From Chloroflexota bacterium (lineage in GTDB: Bacteria > Chloroflexota > Dehalococcoidia > Lucifugimonadales > JACPCL1), in NCBI GenBank assembly GCA_016210395.1, contig JACQUI010000102.1, positions 1-33,748 on the forward strand: a stretch of DNA of 33,748 nucleotides. The letters are read 5' to 3'. This document shows positions 7,389 through 19,800 of this stretch, piece by piece. Under the pieces are notes generated by a model, which ran no database searches, was not told where the DNA came from, and was given only the letters and a program-made list of their open reading frames with translations. The position numbers were made by a program, and so were the translations under genes. Position 1 is the first letter of the stretch, and every line of letters starts with the position of its first letter.

Positions 7389-7417
7389 CTTCCCCGGCTC
7401 GTACACATGCGTGAACG

Positions 7418-7460
7418 AGAGGCCTGGCGAGACTCATCGAGAGTCCTGCGCCAGGCCTCT
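7418..7460 (+). terminator. Hairpin terminator after the 421-aa surface protein gene
   Basis: AGAGGCCTGGCG (7418-7429) pairs with CGCCAGGCCTCT (7449-7460). An inner GACTC/GAGTC pairing is also present. It is followed by TTCATG. Confidence 0.55.
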
Positions 7461-7766
7461 TTCATGTCCGCGACTACAAGCAAGCCTCATACCGCCACGG
7501 GTGGTGGCACCATCGCCATCCAGTGGGGCCGGCAGCAACCTGTGACCCCACCTTTTCCATCACCCTCTGCTCAAAGCCAGGGTCCGAAGCGTCGCAGCCT
7601 GCTTTTGTAGCAAGGGAACCATACATACGTAAGAAACCTTACCTTCTGACCGGGAAGAGAAGACCTGATTTGCAGGCTAGGGTCTCATGATTTTTGGCGT
7701 AGTTTCACCAAAGGTCAGACGAGTGTCAGTAGACATGTTATGGCCTCATAATCCTTCCTCAAAACC

Positions 7767-7809
7767 TTGCTTTCCCTTTGGCACAAGAGTATAGTAACCG
7801 CTTGGTTAC
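7767..7809 (+). promoter_or_regulatory. Putative sigma70-type promoter plus overlapping palindrome upstream of the giant gene
   Basis: TTGCTT (7767-7772), exact 17-nt spacer, TATAGT (7790-7795). The palindrome GTAACC-GCTT-GGTTAC (7794-7809) overlaps the -10 and predicted start site. GAGGT lies 5 nt before the ATG at 7898. Confidence 0.5.
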
Positions 7810-7897
7810 CATAATAAAGTGCGCTCCTTGCAGCCAGGCCTCCAAGGAGTCGTTGTGTTTGAGCGCGAAATAGCCACGCACCAATCCAGAGGTAGGC

Positions 7898-10800
7898 ATG
7901 TTGACTACGAGTAAACTGCTCGACAGCCGCAAGATCGGTATCGTCTTCCTCCTCACTATTGCCATCACTTCTGCCCTTGTATTCTTGGCGACCACCGCCC
8001 AGGGTTCATCGGCAACCCTTCAAACCAATAAGACCACGCCTTACCTCGTTGGGGAGACGGTCGGTTCCACTGCTACGTACTACATTGACGCGTCCATTGA
8101 TACCATCTATCGAATGCAGCTTGGCGTAGCTCCTACTTCAGGCGTCCCTGACAACCAGTCCTTCGTTGTGGACTTGCGATTCGATAAAGGCGGGCCATTC
8201 GACCTGACCAACCGCCTTCCCGCGGACATGCAGGCCAGGGGATCATCGTTGCTGCTCAGCGTCGGCTACGACGATGCCGTGGGCGCCGGCTACGGCTATG
8301 CCTATGGCTACACCGGCTTCGGCTACAGCTACGGCTACGCCTACTGCTGTGGGTATGGCTACGGCTATGGCTATGGCGGGTCAACGGGAGGCGCAGCAAG
8401 GATCATTCTGAACCTTTCTTGGGACCCGCCACGCATCAATGCCAAGGATGGCACGTACCTCGCCACCTTCACTGTCGGGTCTGACAAGGGTGAGTTCACT
8501 GCCGCTGACGAATTCTCCTTCGTCAAGGTGTCGGCTCTCGATGTCACCATCACCGACCCTGCTGACGATTCCGTCCTGACCTCCACGGCCCCCATCTCCA
8601 TCAAGGGCGGCATTAACGACCCTACCGGCGTGGTCAACGTGTCGCTGGCGCGGCCGGACGGCTCCCTCGTGACCGTGCCCGCAACCATGGGCAACTTGTC
8701 GTGGAGCAGCCCACTGCTGTCGCTCGGTGAAGGCCGCAATATCCTGACCGCCGACGCCACCAACGGCTACACCCCTGCCCTCACTGACACCGCCACGTCC
8801 ACCGTTATCGTGGACAAGACACGCCCCAAGCTGAAGATACTGAATCCCGGCGGCGTGACCAACAACGCCAGCATTGATATTGACATCAGCTTCATCGAGG
8901 CCAACCCTGCGCAGCTTATCCTGAAGCGCAACGGCGCTGTCATCCACAGCCTCGGCCGCGCCCCGTTGGAAACTTCCGGCGGGGTCCTTAAGCTGCCGGT
9001 TCCCCTAGAAGACGGGCCCAACCTCATCTGCGCCGAGATGACCGACCGCGCCGGGTTTACGCCCGACCCCTCGGACCCGTTTAACGTTTTGTGCGCCGCC
9101 CCTATCACGCTTGACCAGACCCCCAGGCCGCCCACCAACGTCGTGGCCACCCGCGGCAACAGCTCAGCGACGCTGACCTGGAGCGCCCTGGACCCCTTTG
9201 GCCAGCCCATTGACAACGGCAGCCCGCTGCTCTTCTACACCATCAAGGCGTTGAAGGTAAACCCGGCTGAACCCGGCGATGAGCCTCAGATTTCAGCCCC
9301 CGGCACTGCGCTCGAAGCGATTGTCGCGGGTCTAACAAACGGCACGACCTACAAGTTCAGGATCACCGCCACCAACGCCAAGGGCGCCAGCGATCCGGCA
9401 TTCTCCAACGTCATCACGCTTGGCACAATCCCCGGCACGCCCAGCCTCAGCGCGGCGCTGGTCTCACACAACAGCGCCGGTATCGTGTGGTCGCTGTCTG
9501 CCGACGGCGGTTTGCCCGTCACCTTCACCCTCTTCCGCGACGGCGCCGTCGTTCTGACAACCACGGCCACATCCTTCACGGATACCGGTCTGTCAAAAGC
9601 CACCACCTATGCCTATCGCGTTCGCGCAGCCAACGCTGTCGGGCCAAACCTGGTGGACAGCGATACCAAGTCTGTGACCACCCCCGACGTGCCCGCTGCC
9701 CCCGTCCTCAGCGGCATTGCCAAGGACAAGGCGGTGGACCTCACCTGGACGGCTTCGCCCGACCAGCCCTTCGCTCCCGTCTTCGGTTATGAAGTGCAGA
9801 TGAAGGCAGGTCCAGGCTCCTTCGTCACCATCGCATCCTTGGGGCGAGTAACCAGCCACACGGTCTTGGGGCTCACGAACGGTGTCACCTACTCTTTCCG
9901 CGTCCGCGCCCTGAACGTATGGGGCCCCGGGGCGTTCTCCAACGAAGTCCCCTTTACCCCCACGGGTCTGCCAGGCAAGCCAGGCAAGCCCGTGGCCACG
10001 CCGTTCGACTCCTCCGCCCTGGTGATCTGGACGCCGCCCCTGGACACCGGCGGCCTGCCCATTCTCACCTACACGGTTGACGGGTTCGAGGTAGGCGTCA
10101 TGGCCCTGTCCGCGCCCGTCGTAACGAAGATTGTGGACGGTTCGCTGACCAGCACCCTCGTCACTGGCCTGATCAATGGGAAGTCCTATGTGTTCACGGT
10201 GACCGCGAGGAACACCGTGGACTTCGGCCCCCCCTCTGACCCGTCAGACCCGGTAATGCCCTCCGGTGTGCCGGGCAAGCCAATCATCATGAGTGCGTTC
10301 CTCGTGTCGCACAACAGCGCCAGCATCGCCTGGACGCTGGCCAGCAACGGCGGGTTGCCCCTTGGAGAGGTCGTCTTCGACGTCTTCCGCGATGGCGTGA
10401 AGATCGCCACTACGCCGGAGAATACCTACACCGACGCCGGCCTCACAGTTTGTACGCTGTACTCTTACACCGTGCAGGCCAGGAATATCAACGGAGCGGG
10501 ACCGGTCAGCGACCCGAAGACCGTCAAGACGGCTTGCGCGCCCGACGCCCCCATCATCAGCGTGCTCGATGGGGACAAGCAGGCGCACGTGTCGTGGTTC
10601 CTGCCGCCGCCGCCTCCAGGCCCCTTCGAAGCGCCCACAGGCTATGAGCTGCAAATGCGCACGGGCGCCGGGCCTTTCGTCACCATCGCCATGCCGGCGG
10701 CAACGCAGACCGCCTACACCGTGAATGACCTGACCAACGGCGTGACGTATACGTTCCGCGTGCGCGCGATCAACGCTGCCGGCGCCGGCCCGTGGTCCGG

Positions 10801-13800
10801 CGAAGTCTCTGCCACGCCGTCTGCCTTTCCCGGCGCGCCCGGCAAGCCGGTGGCCAAGCGCGCCGGCCCGTTGGCCCTCTTGCTGTCCTGGACTGCTCCC
10901 CTGGACACCGGCGGGCTGCCCATCCTTGAGTACCGGCTGGACGGCTACGCCCTACCCTCATCCCTGACCAGCCTTGAGATGACCGCCGCCGCGCCGGACG
11001 TGGTGGTCTTCGTGGGCGGCGATAAGACCTCCGCCATAGTGGGCGGCCTCACCAACGGCACCCGCTACATCTTCACCGTCACGGCCCGCAACGCCCGTGG
11101 CTTCGGGGCGCCTTCCGAACCCTCCGACCCCGTGACTGTCGGCGGTCCTCCGGGCAAGCCCGTGATCACCGAGGTGTCCGCCACGCACAACAGCGTCCAC
11201 CTCAGGTGGATTGTGGACGATGGGGGCCTCCCTGTGTTCTTCAACGTCATCAGGGATGGCGCGATCGTCGCCACCACCACCGCGATGGCTTTCACAGACA
11301 CCGGCCTCGCGCCCAGCACTACATACAAGTACCGGGTTCGCGCCACCAACGAGGAGGGGTCCAGCGAGAGCGACGAAACCCCGGTCAAGGCGGCGCCGGG
11401 CCCCGACGCCCCAGATCTCAAAGCTTTCCCCTGGAACAAGGCCGTAGACCTCATTTGGGCAGGAGCGACGGGGTTCTCAGTCGTCGAGTTCGTGCTGGAG
11501 ATGAAGCTCCCCAGCGGGGGCTTCACCACCGTCGGCGTCTTTGGTCCAGGAGCGACGGCCACCACAGTCTCCGGCCTCACCAACGGCGTGCCCGTGACCT
11601 TCCGTGTCCTGGCCCGCTACGTCGGCGGGCTGGAGCTCTACTCCAGCGAGGTCACCGTTGTGCCCTTCGGCCCGCCAGGCAAGCCCGGTAAGCCAACGGC
11701 AACGCCCGTGGGCGCCGATGCCCTGGTGCAATGGATGCCCCCTGTAGACGACGGCGGTAGGCCTATTCTTGGCTACAGGGTTGACGCCTTTGAGGTCGGA
11801 GTCACGTCCCTCGCAACCTTCGTGTTCAACAGGGAAGTTGGACCAGTCACCAGTACCCTGATGTCACCCCTGACAAAGGGAAAGGAGTACTTCTTCGTCG
11901 TCACGGCGCGGAACGTAGCCGGGTACGGCGAACCCTCCAACCCGTCGGACGACTTCATGTCCGCTACCGAGCCGGGCCAGCCAATCCTCAGCCTCGGGAC
12001 TGTGACCCACAATAGCGTCCAGCTCGACTGGACGCTGGCCGACAACGGCGGCCTGTCGCCCGTGGTCTTTGAGGTCTACCGGAACGGCGCGATGGTGTTG
12101 ACCACCACCGCCTTGGCGATCACGGACACGGGTCTGTCCCCCAGCACCAAGTACACGTACCGGGTGCGCGCTTTCAACGCGCGCGGCTTTGGCAAATTCA
12201 GCAACGAAGTATCCGCAACGACCTCCGGCAGCCCCTCTGCGCCCTCAATTAACGTGACCGCCAAGGACAAGAGCGTCGACGTCTCGTGGATACCGGGGCC
12301 CGGCGCGCCCTTTGCCAAGTTCGAGTTGCAGATGGGTCTTGCAGGCGGGCCGCTTCTCCCGCTTGTGGAGCTTCCTCCAACCACTACCTTCTTTGCCGCC
12401 ACCGGCTTGACCAACGGCGTCACCTACTGCTTCCGCGTGCGCGCCCACAACGCAGCCGGCCCCGGGGAATGGTCCCCCACCGCCTGCGCCATGCCCAACG
12501 GCCTGCCAGGCGCGCCCGGCAAGCCGTCTGCCAAGGCCTTCGAGCAATCTGCACTCGTGAGCTGGACGCCGCCGCTGGACAAGGGCGGATTGGATATCAC
12601 CCGCTACACCATCAGGACGTACGAAGTGCCCGGCGTCATGGTGACCACTTCTTCGGTCCTTATCAGCACTATCATTGTTGACGGCAAGCTCACCAGCGCC
12701 CTGGTCAGCGGCCTGGTCAACGGCAAGAGCTACAACTTCTCCGTTGCGGCCTCCAACTCCAACGGCGAAGGCCCTGAGTCGCTTCCATCCGACGCCGTCA
12801 AGCCCGGCTCTCCTCCCACGCCGCCCAGCGCGCCTAACTTCGTCAAGGCCACGCCAGGCAACAAGATGGCCAAGCTGTCATGGCAGAAGCCGGTATCCGA
12901 TGGAGGCAGCGAGCTGGTCTCCTACAAGATTTACGCCAAGATAGGCGCGTCTGCGCCTGTGCTGGTGCTCACCGTAGCTGGTACCCAGCAAAGCGCAGAG
13001 GTTACGGGCCTGACCAATGGGGTGACCTACCGGTTCCTGGTCACCGCCACCAACGCCGCCGGACTTGAAGGCCCGGCAGGCGTCTCCAACGACGTGACGC
13101 CTGCCGGCACGCCCACCGCGCCGCTGAACGTCACGGCTGTTGCAGGCAAGGCATCGGCCGTTGCGTCGTGGGATAAGCCCCTCTCCGATGGCGGCAGCTC
13201 CATCACCAAATACATCGTGACATCTTCTCCAGGCGGGAAGACTGCCGAGTGGTCCGCGGGCGATCTGAAGGCAACAGTGACCGGCCTGACCAACGGCGTG
13301 TCTTACACCTTCACTGTACGCGCGTTCAACGCCATTGGCCCAGGCCCGGCGTCCGCGCCGTCCAACCCCGTGACGCCTTCCGCCACCGCGCCCGCAACGC
13401 CGGACGTAACGCTGATGACACCCTCACCTACCAACGCCGCCAGCGCGACGTTGCGGATTAAGACGGGAATCGCTAATGTCGCAAAAGTCATCATCTCCGG
13501 CGGCCTGAGCGAGGTCGTTACCACTACGCCCCCATTCACGCCAGGGGAGGCGTTTGAGATCGCTGTCCCGCTCAAGCCCAACACGGGCAACACGCTGGAA
13601 GTGCGCGCCGCCAACAGCGATGGCGTCGTCTCCGAGCCGGCGTTTGTCGTGGTCATCCAAGACAGCATCAAGCCGCTCTTGGGCGAAGGCAACGTCTCCA
13701 CGCCGCCGTCGCCCACCAAGCTCGGCGAGACGGTCTTGACCGTGACCGGCGTCGAGGTAAACGCCACTATTGAAGTGGCGCGTGGCGGCGTTGTCCTCGC

Positions 13801-16800
13801 CTCCACCGTCGTCACGATCCCCGGCAAAGTGGAGACCTTCAAGATTGCGCTCACGCCCAACGCCACAAACACACTGGAAGTGACTGCCACCGACCTCGCC
13901 GGCAACACATCCAACAAGATTACACGCGTGGTCGTCCATGACAACATCGCGCCTGCCAAGCCAACCATCAACACGGTGAACGGGCAGCTTCCGGGCAGCG
14001 CCACGCCCACCAACAAGACCTCCATCATCGTTAATGTGACGGCGGAGAACGGTTCGCTGGTGATGATCACCGGCGGCAAGACCCCCGCCTTCAAGAGCGC
14101 GTCCACCGTTGACATCACCGTGGAGCTGAAGCTCAACCAGGACAACCTTCTGTCCATCGTCGCAACCGACGCCGCAGGCAACGCGTCCGTGGCCGCTACC
14201 GTGACGGTGAAGCAGGACGGCGTTGCGCCCAGCGTCTCCGTGGACCCCATACCCGCCTACACCACCAGCACTGCGCTGACGCTGAAGGTGAAGACCGAGG
14301 CCGGCGCGACGATCATCGCCTCCATTCTCGGCAACGGCATGACCTCTACCGTTGCCACAGGCGGCACGGATGACGTGCGCCTCACGCTGTTGTCCAACAA
14401 CCTCAACGTCATCACCGTCGTGGCCGTGGACGCCGCCGCCAATACCTCCACGCCTGCCGAGCTGAAAATCACGCACGACAACGTGGCCCCCAGCCTGGTT
14501 GTCCTTGTGCCGGCCAATGAGACACAGACGGACACACCGCTGGCTGTGTTTACCCTCAGCATCTCTGCCGAAAAGGACGCCCTGGTTATCATCACCGGCG
14601 GGGCCGAGACCGTGACTGATAAGGGCACGGGCGTTGCGCGGTCCGTTGACGTGCCGCTGAACCCCGAGGTCCTGAACGTCCTCAAGATCAAGGCGGTTGA
14701 TGCTGCGGGCAACTCCCCACCCGAGGTGACAAGGAACATCAAGTCGTCGGCTGCGATTCCCGCGCCGCCAACGGTCTCTGTTCCTGTGTCGCCGGTCAAC
14801 GCAAACAAGGTCAAGTTCACCGTGACCAACATCCAGGGGACCAAGCTCACGGTGAAGCACACCAGCAGCGCTGCTTCCTCCACCGTCGAGTTCGTCACGT
14901 CCCCTGGGGACACCAAGACCCTGAACCTGGACCTGTCCCAGGACGACGTCAACGTCTTTGCCTTCAAGGTGAGCAGCGCCGCCGGCGTTGACTCCGCCGT
15001 TGTCACACGCTCGGTCACCGAAGACTCCACGCCGCCTGCTCAGCCGGCGCTGCGTGAGGCTGTCCCTGCCGAGACCAACCTCTCCTCCATCATCATCAAG
15101 CTGGAGGTGGAGTCCGGCGTCACCGTGACCGTCACGGAGCTCAAGTCCAAGAAGCTCGTCGGCTCCGGCAAGGCCTCCTCCCCCATAGACATCCTGGTGG
15201 AGCTCCAGCTCAACCAGGACAATACCCTGTCCATCCGCGCCATTGACGCTGCGGGCAACCAGTCGCCTGCCCTGGAGCTGGTGGTCCGCCAGGACGGCCA
15301 GGCCCCCGACAAGCCCAAGCTCATCGGCAAGGTCAAGTCCCCTACGACGGGCACGACCGCAACGCTGAAGCTTTCCGCCGAGACCAACTCCACAATAGAG
15401 GTCAGCGGCGGCAAGACGCTGAAGACCGCCACGGCCACCGGCGAAGCGCAGGATGTCGTCGTCGAGCTCAACACCGGCAACGGCGTGCTCAACACCCTGG
15501 TGGTCATCGCCAAGGACTCCTTGGGCAACGTGTCCGAGCCGCTCACCGTGCTGGTGATGCAGGACAACGTCAAGCCCGCCGCACCCATCGTCACATCGCC
15601 GCTGGCCCCTGGCGAAACGACGATGTCGGCCTTCATCACCCTGACGGTAGGCTATTCCGCCACCGATACTACCATCAAGACCATTCAAGTCGCCGGTCCC
15701 GCCGCGGACGCCAAGGAGCCCGCCACGGGCTCGGGCGAGCAGGCTGTGCGCGTCGTGCTCAAGGCCAACACCGACAACGTGCTGGTCGCCACCCTTGTAG
15801 ATGCCGCCGGCAATGTCTCCGAACCCACGACGGTCACCGTCAAGCGCGGTCCCGCCGAGACCAGCATCTTCGGCACGCTCAGGGGCACGCCCGAGAACCT
15901 CTCCGACGCTCAGGCTATCGCCACTACCGTCACGCCCGGTATCACCGTTGACCGCGTGGCTTCGGCCATTGACGCCGATTCCGGCGAGTTCGAGCTTGGC
16001 GGCCTTGACCCCACGGGCGAGTACACCGTGCAGGTCATCTACAAGGCCGGCGCAGGCACCGACACCCGCTACTACCAGGCCGGCGCGTCCGGCAACGCAG
16101 GCACGTCTCCCGCAAGCGCCACCAAGCTCAAGCCCGGCGCTGCAGGCATCAGCATTGAAATGTCGGTCCTGACCAAGCCCGTCATCACGGGCATCGGCGT
16201 TGCGCCCGCCGGCACGGACAACGACGTTGACCGCACGCTGACGATCACAGGAACGTCCCTCAGCGGCACGCAGGTCTGGCTGGTCGCCGACGCGAAGACC
16301 ATCGAGCTACCCATCACGCTAAAGACCGACACAGCCATCACGGCCACCATCCAGGCGAGTACCGCGCCTGGCGCATACAAGGTCCAGGTCAGGACCGGCG
16401 GCGGCCTCTCAGAACCTTCCAGCGACACGGTCGTCATCACCAAGGCGGCCGGGATTGACCCGCCGGTCATCAAGAACCTCAGGGATAGGTTCGTGCGCGC
16501 GGGCTTCCCGTCGGTCATCCGCGTGGAAGGAGCAAACCTTAAGGGCGATGGGGAGACCCTCGTGACGATCTTGCCCTTGGGCCTCGTAGTGAAGGCCACC
16601 GGCATTAACTCGGCCGGCACGCGCATGAATGTGCCCATCCTCGGCACGCTTCCTACAGGCGTGTACCAATTGCAGCCACGCAACAGCAAGGGTATCGGCC
16701 CTGCCAGCGAACCGTTCGTTGTGGCATCCTGTCTGCCGCGTGGGCTACGGATCGCCAGGTTCCCCGTCTGCTTCGGCGGCGGCGGGATTTTCAGCCTTGC

Positions 16801-19800
16801 GCTGGAAAGCACGCTGACCGACTCCGAGCTGATCCTGACCAACGCCGGCGAGGACACCGCCCCAGGCGCGCCCATCGCCAGCGTGCGCCTGCCCCAGGGC
16901 ACGTCCTTCACCAACGAGGCAGGCGAAGGCATTGAGACGCTGCTGCCGCCCAGGATGGTCACCCTCCCGGACGACCTCCAGGCCAAAGCGCCCGACGCCG
17001 TGGGCATCAAGCTGGGCCTGTCCGAAGGCCGCGTCCTGCTCTCCACTCCCGTGGTCTTGCAGGTGAAGATCACCCGCGCCGCCGCAAGCACGCCCACCCT
17101 CTTCCTGCAGCTCGACGAGACTACCTTCGAGGAGGCGGGCATCGAGGCCACCGTTGACGGCATCGCCTACAAGCCGGGCGGCATTGTGCTCAGCAAGACG
17201 CTGTTGCCGAATGGCCAGGCGGAGTTCCTTATGGCCGCCCTGCTCACCCACTTCTCCGAGTTCGTGGCCACGGACGAAGACCTGGTGCCGGATGTGCCGC
17301 CCAGCACGCCACAGAACGTCGAGGCCACGGCGGGCAACGCTCAGGCCACCATCACGTGGGAGGCCCCCGCCTCCGATGGCGGCGCGGACATCACGGGCTA
17401 CACCGCCACGTCCAACCCCGGCGGCAAGACCGCCACGGTGGGCGCGGGCACGTTCACGACGAACGTCACCGGCCTGACCAACGGCACGGACTACACCTTC
17501 AGCATCGTGGCGACCAACAGCGCCGGCGACAGCGCGCCCGCCACAACCGACGCGGTAACACCTGCCACCACGCCTGGGGCACCCACGGGCGTCACCGCCG
17601 GCATCGGCAACACGCTGTCCATCATCTCGTGGTCGGCCCCGGTGTCCAACGGCGGCTTCGCCATCACTGGCTTCAAGATCACCAACGACAAGAACGCCAC
17701 GACGCTCCTGGTCGGCAGCGGCAGCACCGCCGCCACATTCACCGGCCTGACTAACGGCGTGACCTACACCTTCACCGTCAGGGCCATCAACGCCCTGGGC
17801 GACGGCGATACGGCCGCGTCCAACGCCGTCACGCCCGCCGCGCCGACGGCAAAGCCCGGCGCGCCCACAGGCGTGACGGCGGCTGTAAAGGGGCCCACCA
17901 GCCTGGAGGTGACGTGGACGCCTGGTCCCCAGGGCGGCAGCCCCATCAAGGGCTACATCATCACGTCCGATCCACCCAGCACGAACAGCCCGCTGTCCGT
18001 TGACGGCGACGCGACGTTGACCAGCGCCGTCGTGACCGGCCTGACGCCCGGCGCCACCTACACCTTCACCGTGCAGGCCGTCAACGACGTCGGCGCCAGC
18101 GACCCCTCGGCAGCTTCGACAGGCGTCAAGGTCCCCGGCGCAACCCCTGGCGCGCCCACGGGCGTCAGCGCCACGGCGGGCAACGGCCAGGCGACCGTCA
18201 ACTGGACTGCGCCGTCGCCGGGCGATTCGGCCATCACCAAGTACATCATCAGAGCCTCCAGCGGGGTCGAAAAAGAGACGCCCGCACCCGCCACGTCCTT
18301 CGTGTTCACCGGCCTGACCAACGGCGTGAGCTACACCTTCACCGTCAAGGCCGTCAACGACGCAGGCGCAGGCGCGGCCTCCGCCGCTTCCAATGCGGTC
18401 GTGCCGACGGCTGGCGGAGGCGGCGGCGGTGGTGGCGGCGGTGGCGGTGGCACAACGCTCACCGCTCCCGCTGCGCCGACCGGCGTAGCGGCCACGGCAG
18501 GCAATGCGCAGGCGGTCGTTACATGGACGCCCCCTGCCTCCGACGGCGGTTCGCCCATTGTCGGCTACACCATCGTGTCCGATCCCGGCAACATCACCGC
18601 AGTGGCAGGCGCAGGCGAGACGACAGCGATCGTTACGGGCCTGCAAAACGGCGTGACCTACACCTTCTGGGTGATTGCCACCAACTCCATCGGCAACAGC
18701 TTGCCTTCCGGCAAGTCCGGCGCCGTCATGCCCATCGCGCCTACGCTGCCGCCGGTGCTCCCCAACAACACGGGGTCCTCCAGCGCAACGCTCAACTTCG
18801 AGCCCACCGTCAGCCAGACGGCCACGGCCAAGACCACCTCCGGCGCGGCGGTGGAAATCGTTGCCGGCGGCCAGATTGACCTGGCCGTGAAACCCGACGG
18901 CAGCAACGTGCTGGTACTGCCCATCAAACTGGCTGCCGGCGCATCTCTCGACCAGTTCCGCGACGACGCCTCCGGCGTGTCTGTCCAGGGCAACGTTGTG
19001 CGGATTATCGTGAAGGACGCCCAGGGCCAGCCCAGCATCTACCTGGAAGCCAAAGTGAAGTCTGTCACCGGGACCGGCAATACTGCTGAGGTCCAGCTCC
19101 AGGACTTCCGCCTGAAGACCGCAGAGCAGCGCAAGGTGGTCAACGGCGACGTAGGCACGGCCTCCGTGACGTTTGACGCCGCCCTGGTTGACGTGGACAT
19201 CGCGCCCGATGCAACCATCACCGTCACGATTCAAAACGCGCCGGACGCCCCCGACAAGACCGCCTTCGACGCCGCAGCCGCTGCAGGCAACGCCAAGGTA
19301 ACCGCCTATGCCTATGCTGCAAAGGTCGAGAAGGTCAAGCTGGCCGACGAGACCGACATCGGCCAGGCCTTCGTCGAAATGAATGCCGGCAAGGGCTTCG
19401 TGGACAAGTACGGCCTGAGCAAGGTCAAGATCATGCGCAGGGCCGATGGCGGCGCGGTGAGCACCCTTGCCACTGAAGTCAAAGGCTCGGACGACGAGGG
19501 CAACGTGACCTTCCGCGCCACTTCGCCCAAGGGCCTCTCCGTCTTCGCCCTGGTGGTGCAGGAGACGCTGCCTCCGCCGCCCACGCCGACGCCCACGCCA
19601 GGGCCGACGGCTACTCCTACGCCGACGCCACCTCCGGCAACGGCCACGCCTACGCCGACGCCTGGTGTTGGCACGCCGACGCCAACCCGCACGCCGGCGC
19701 CCGGCACGGTCACGCCGACGCCGACGCCAACCGTGGTTGGGCCGCGAACGCCGACGCCGACGCCCACACCGACGCCTGGTGTTGCTACGGCTACGCCGAC

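Noticed and set aside
13424-15688. 754-aa ORF on the minus strand inside the giant gene
   Set aside because: It is antisense to a strongly supported repeat-domain coding frame. The translation is low-complexity G/R/D/H/V-rich with no recognisable motif, and no RBS is visible. Open antisense frames are expected in GC-rich Ala/Thr/Val/Gly-rich coding DNA.
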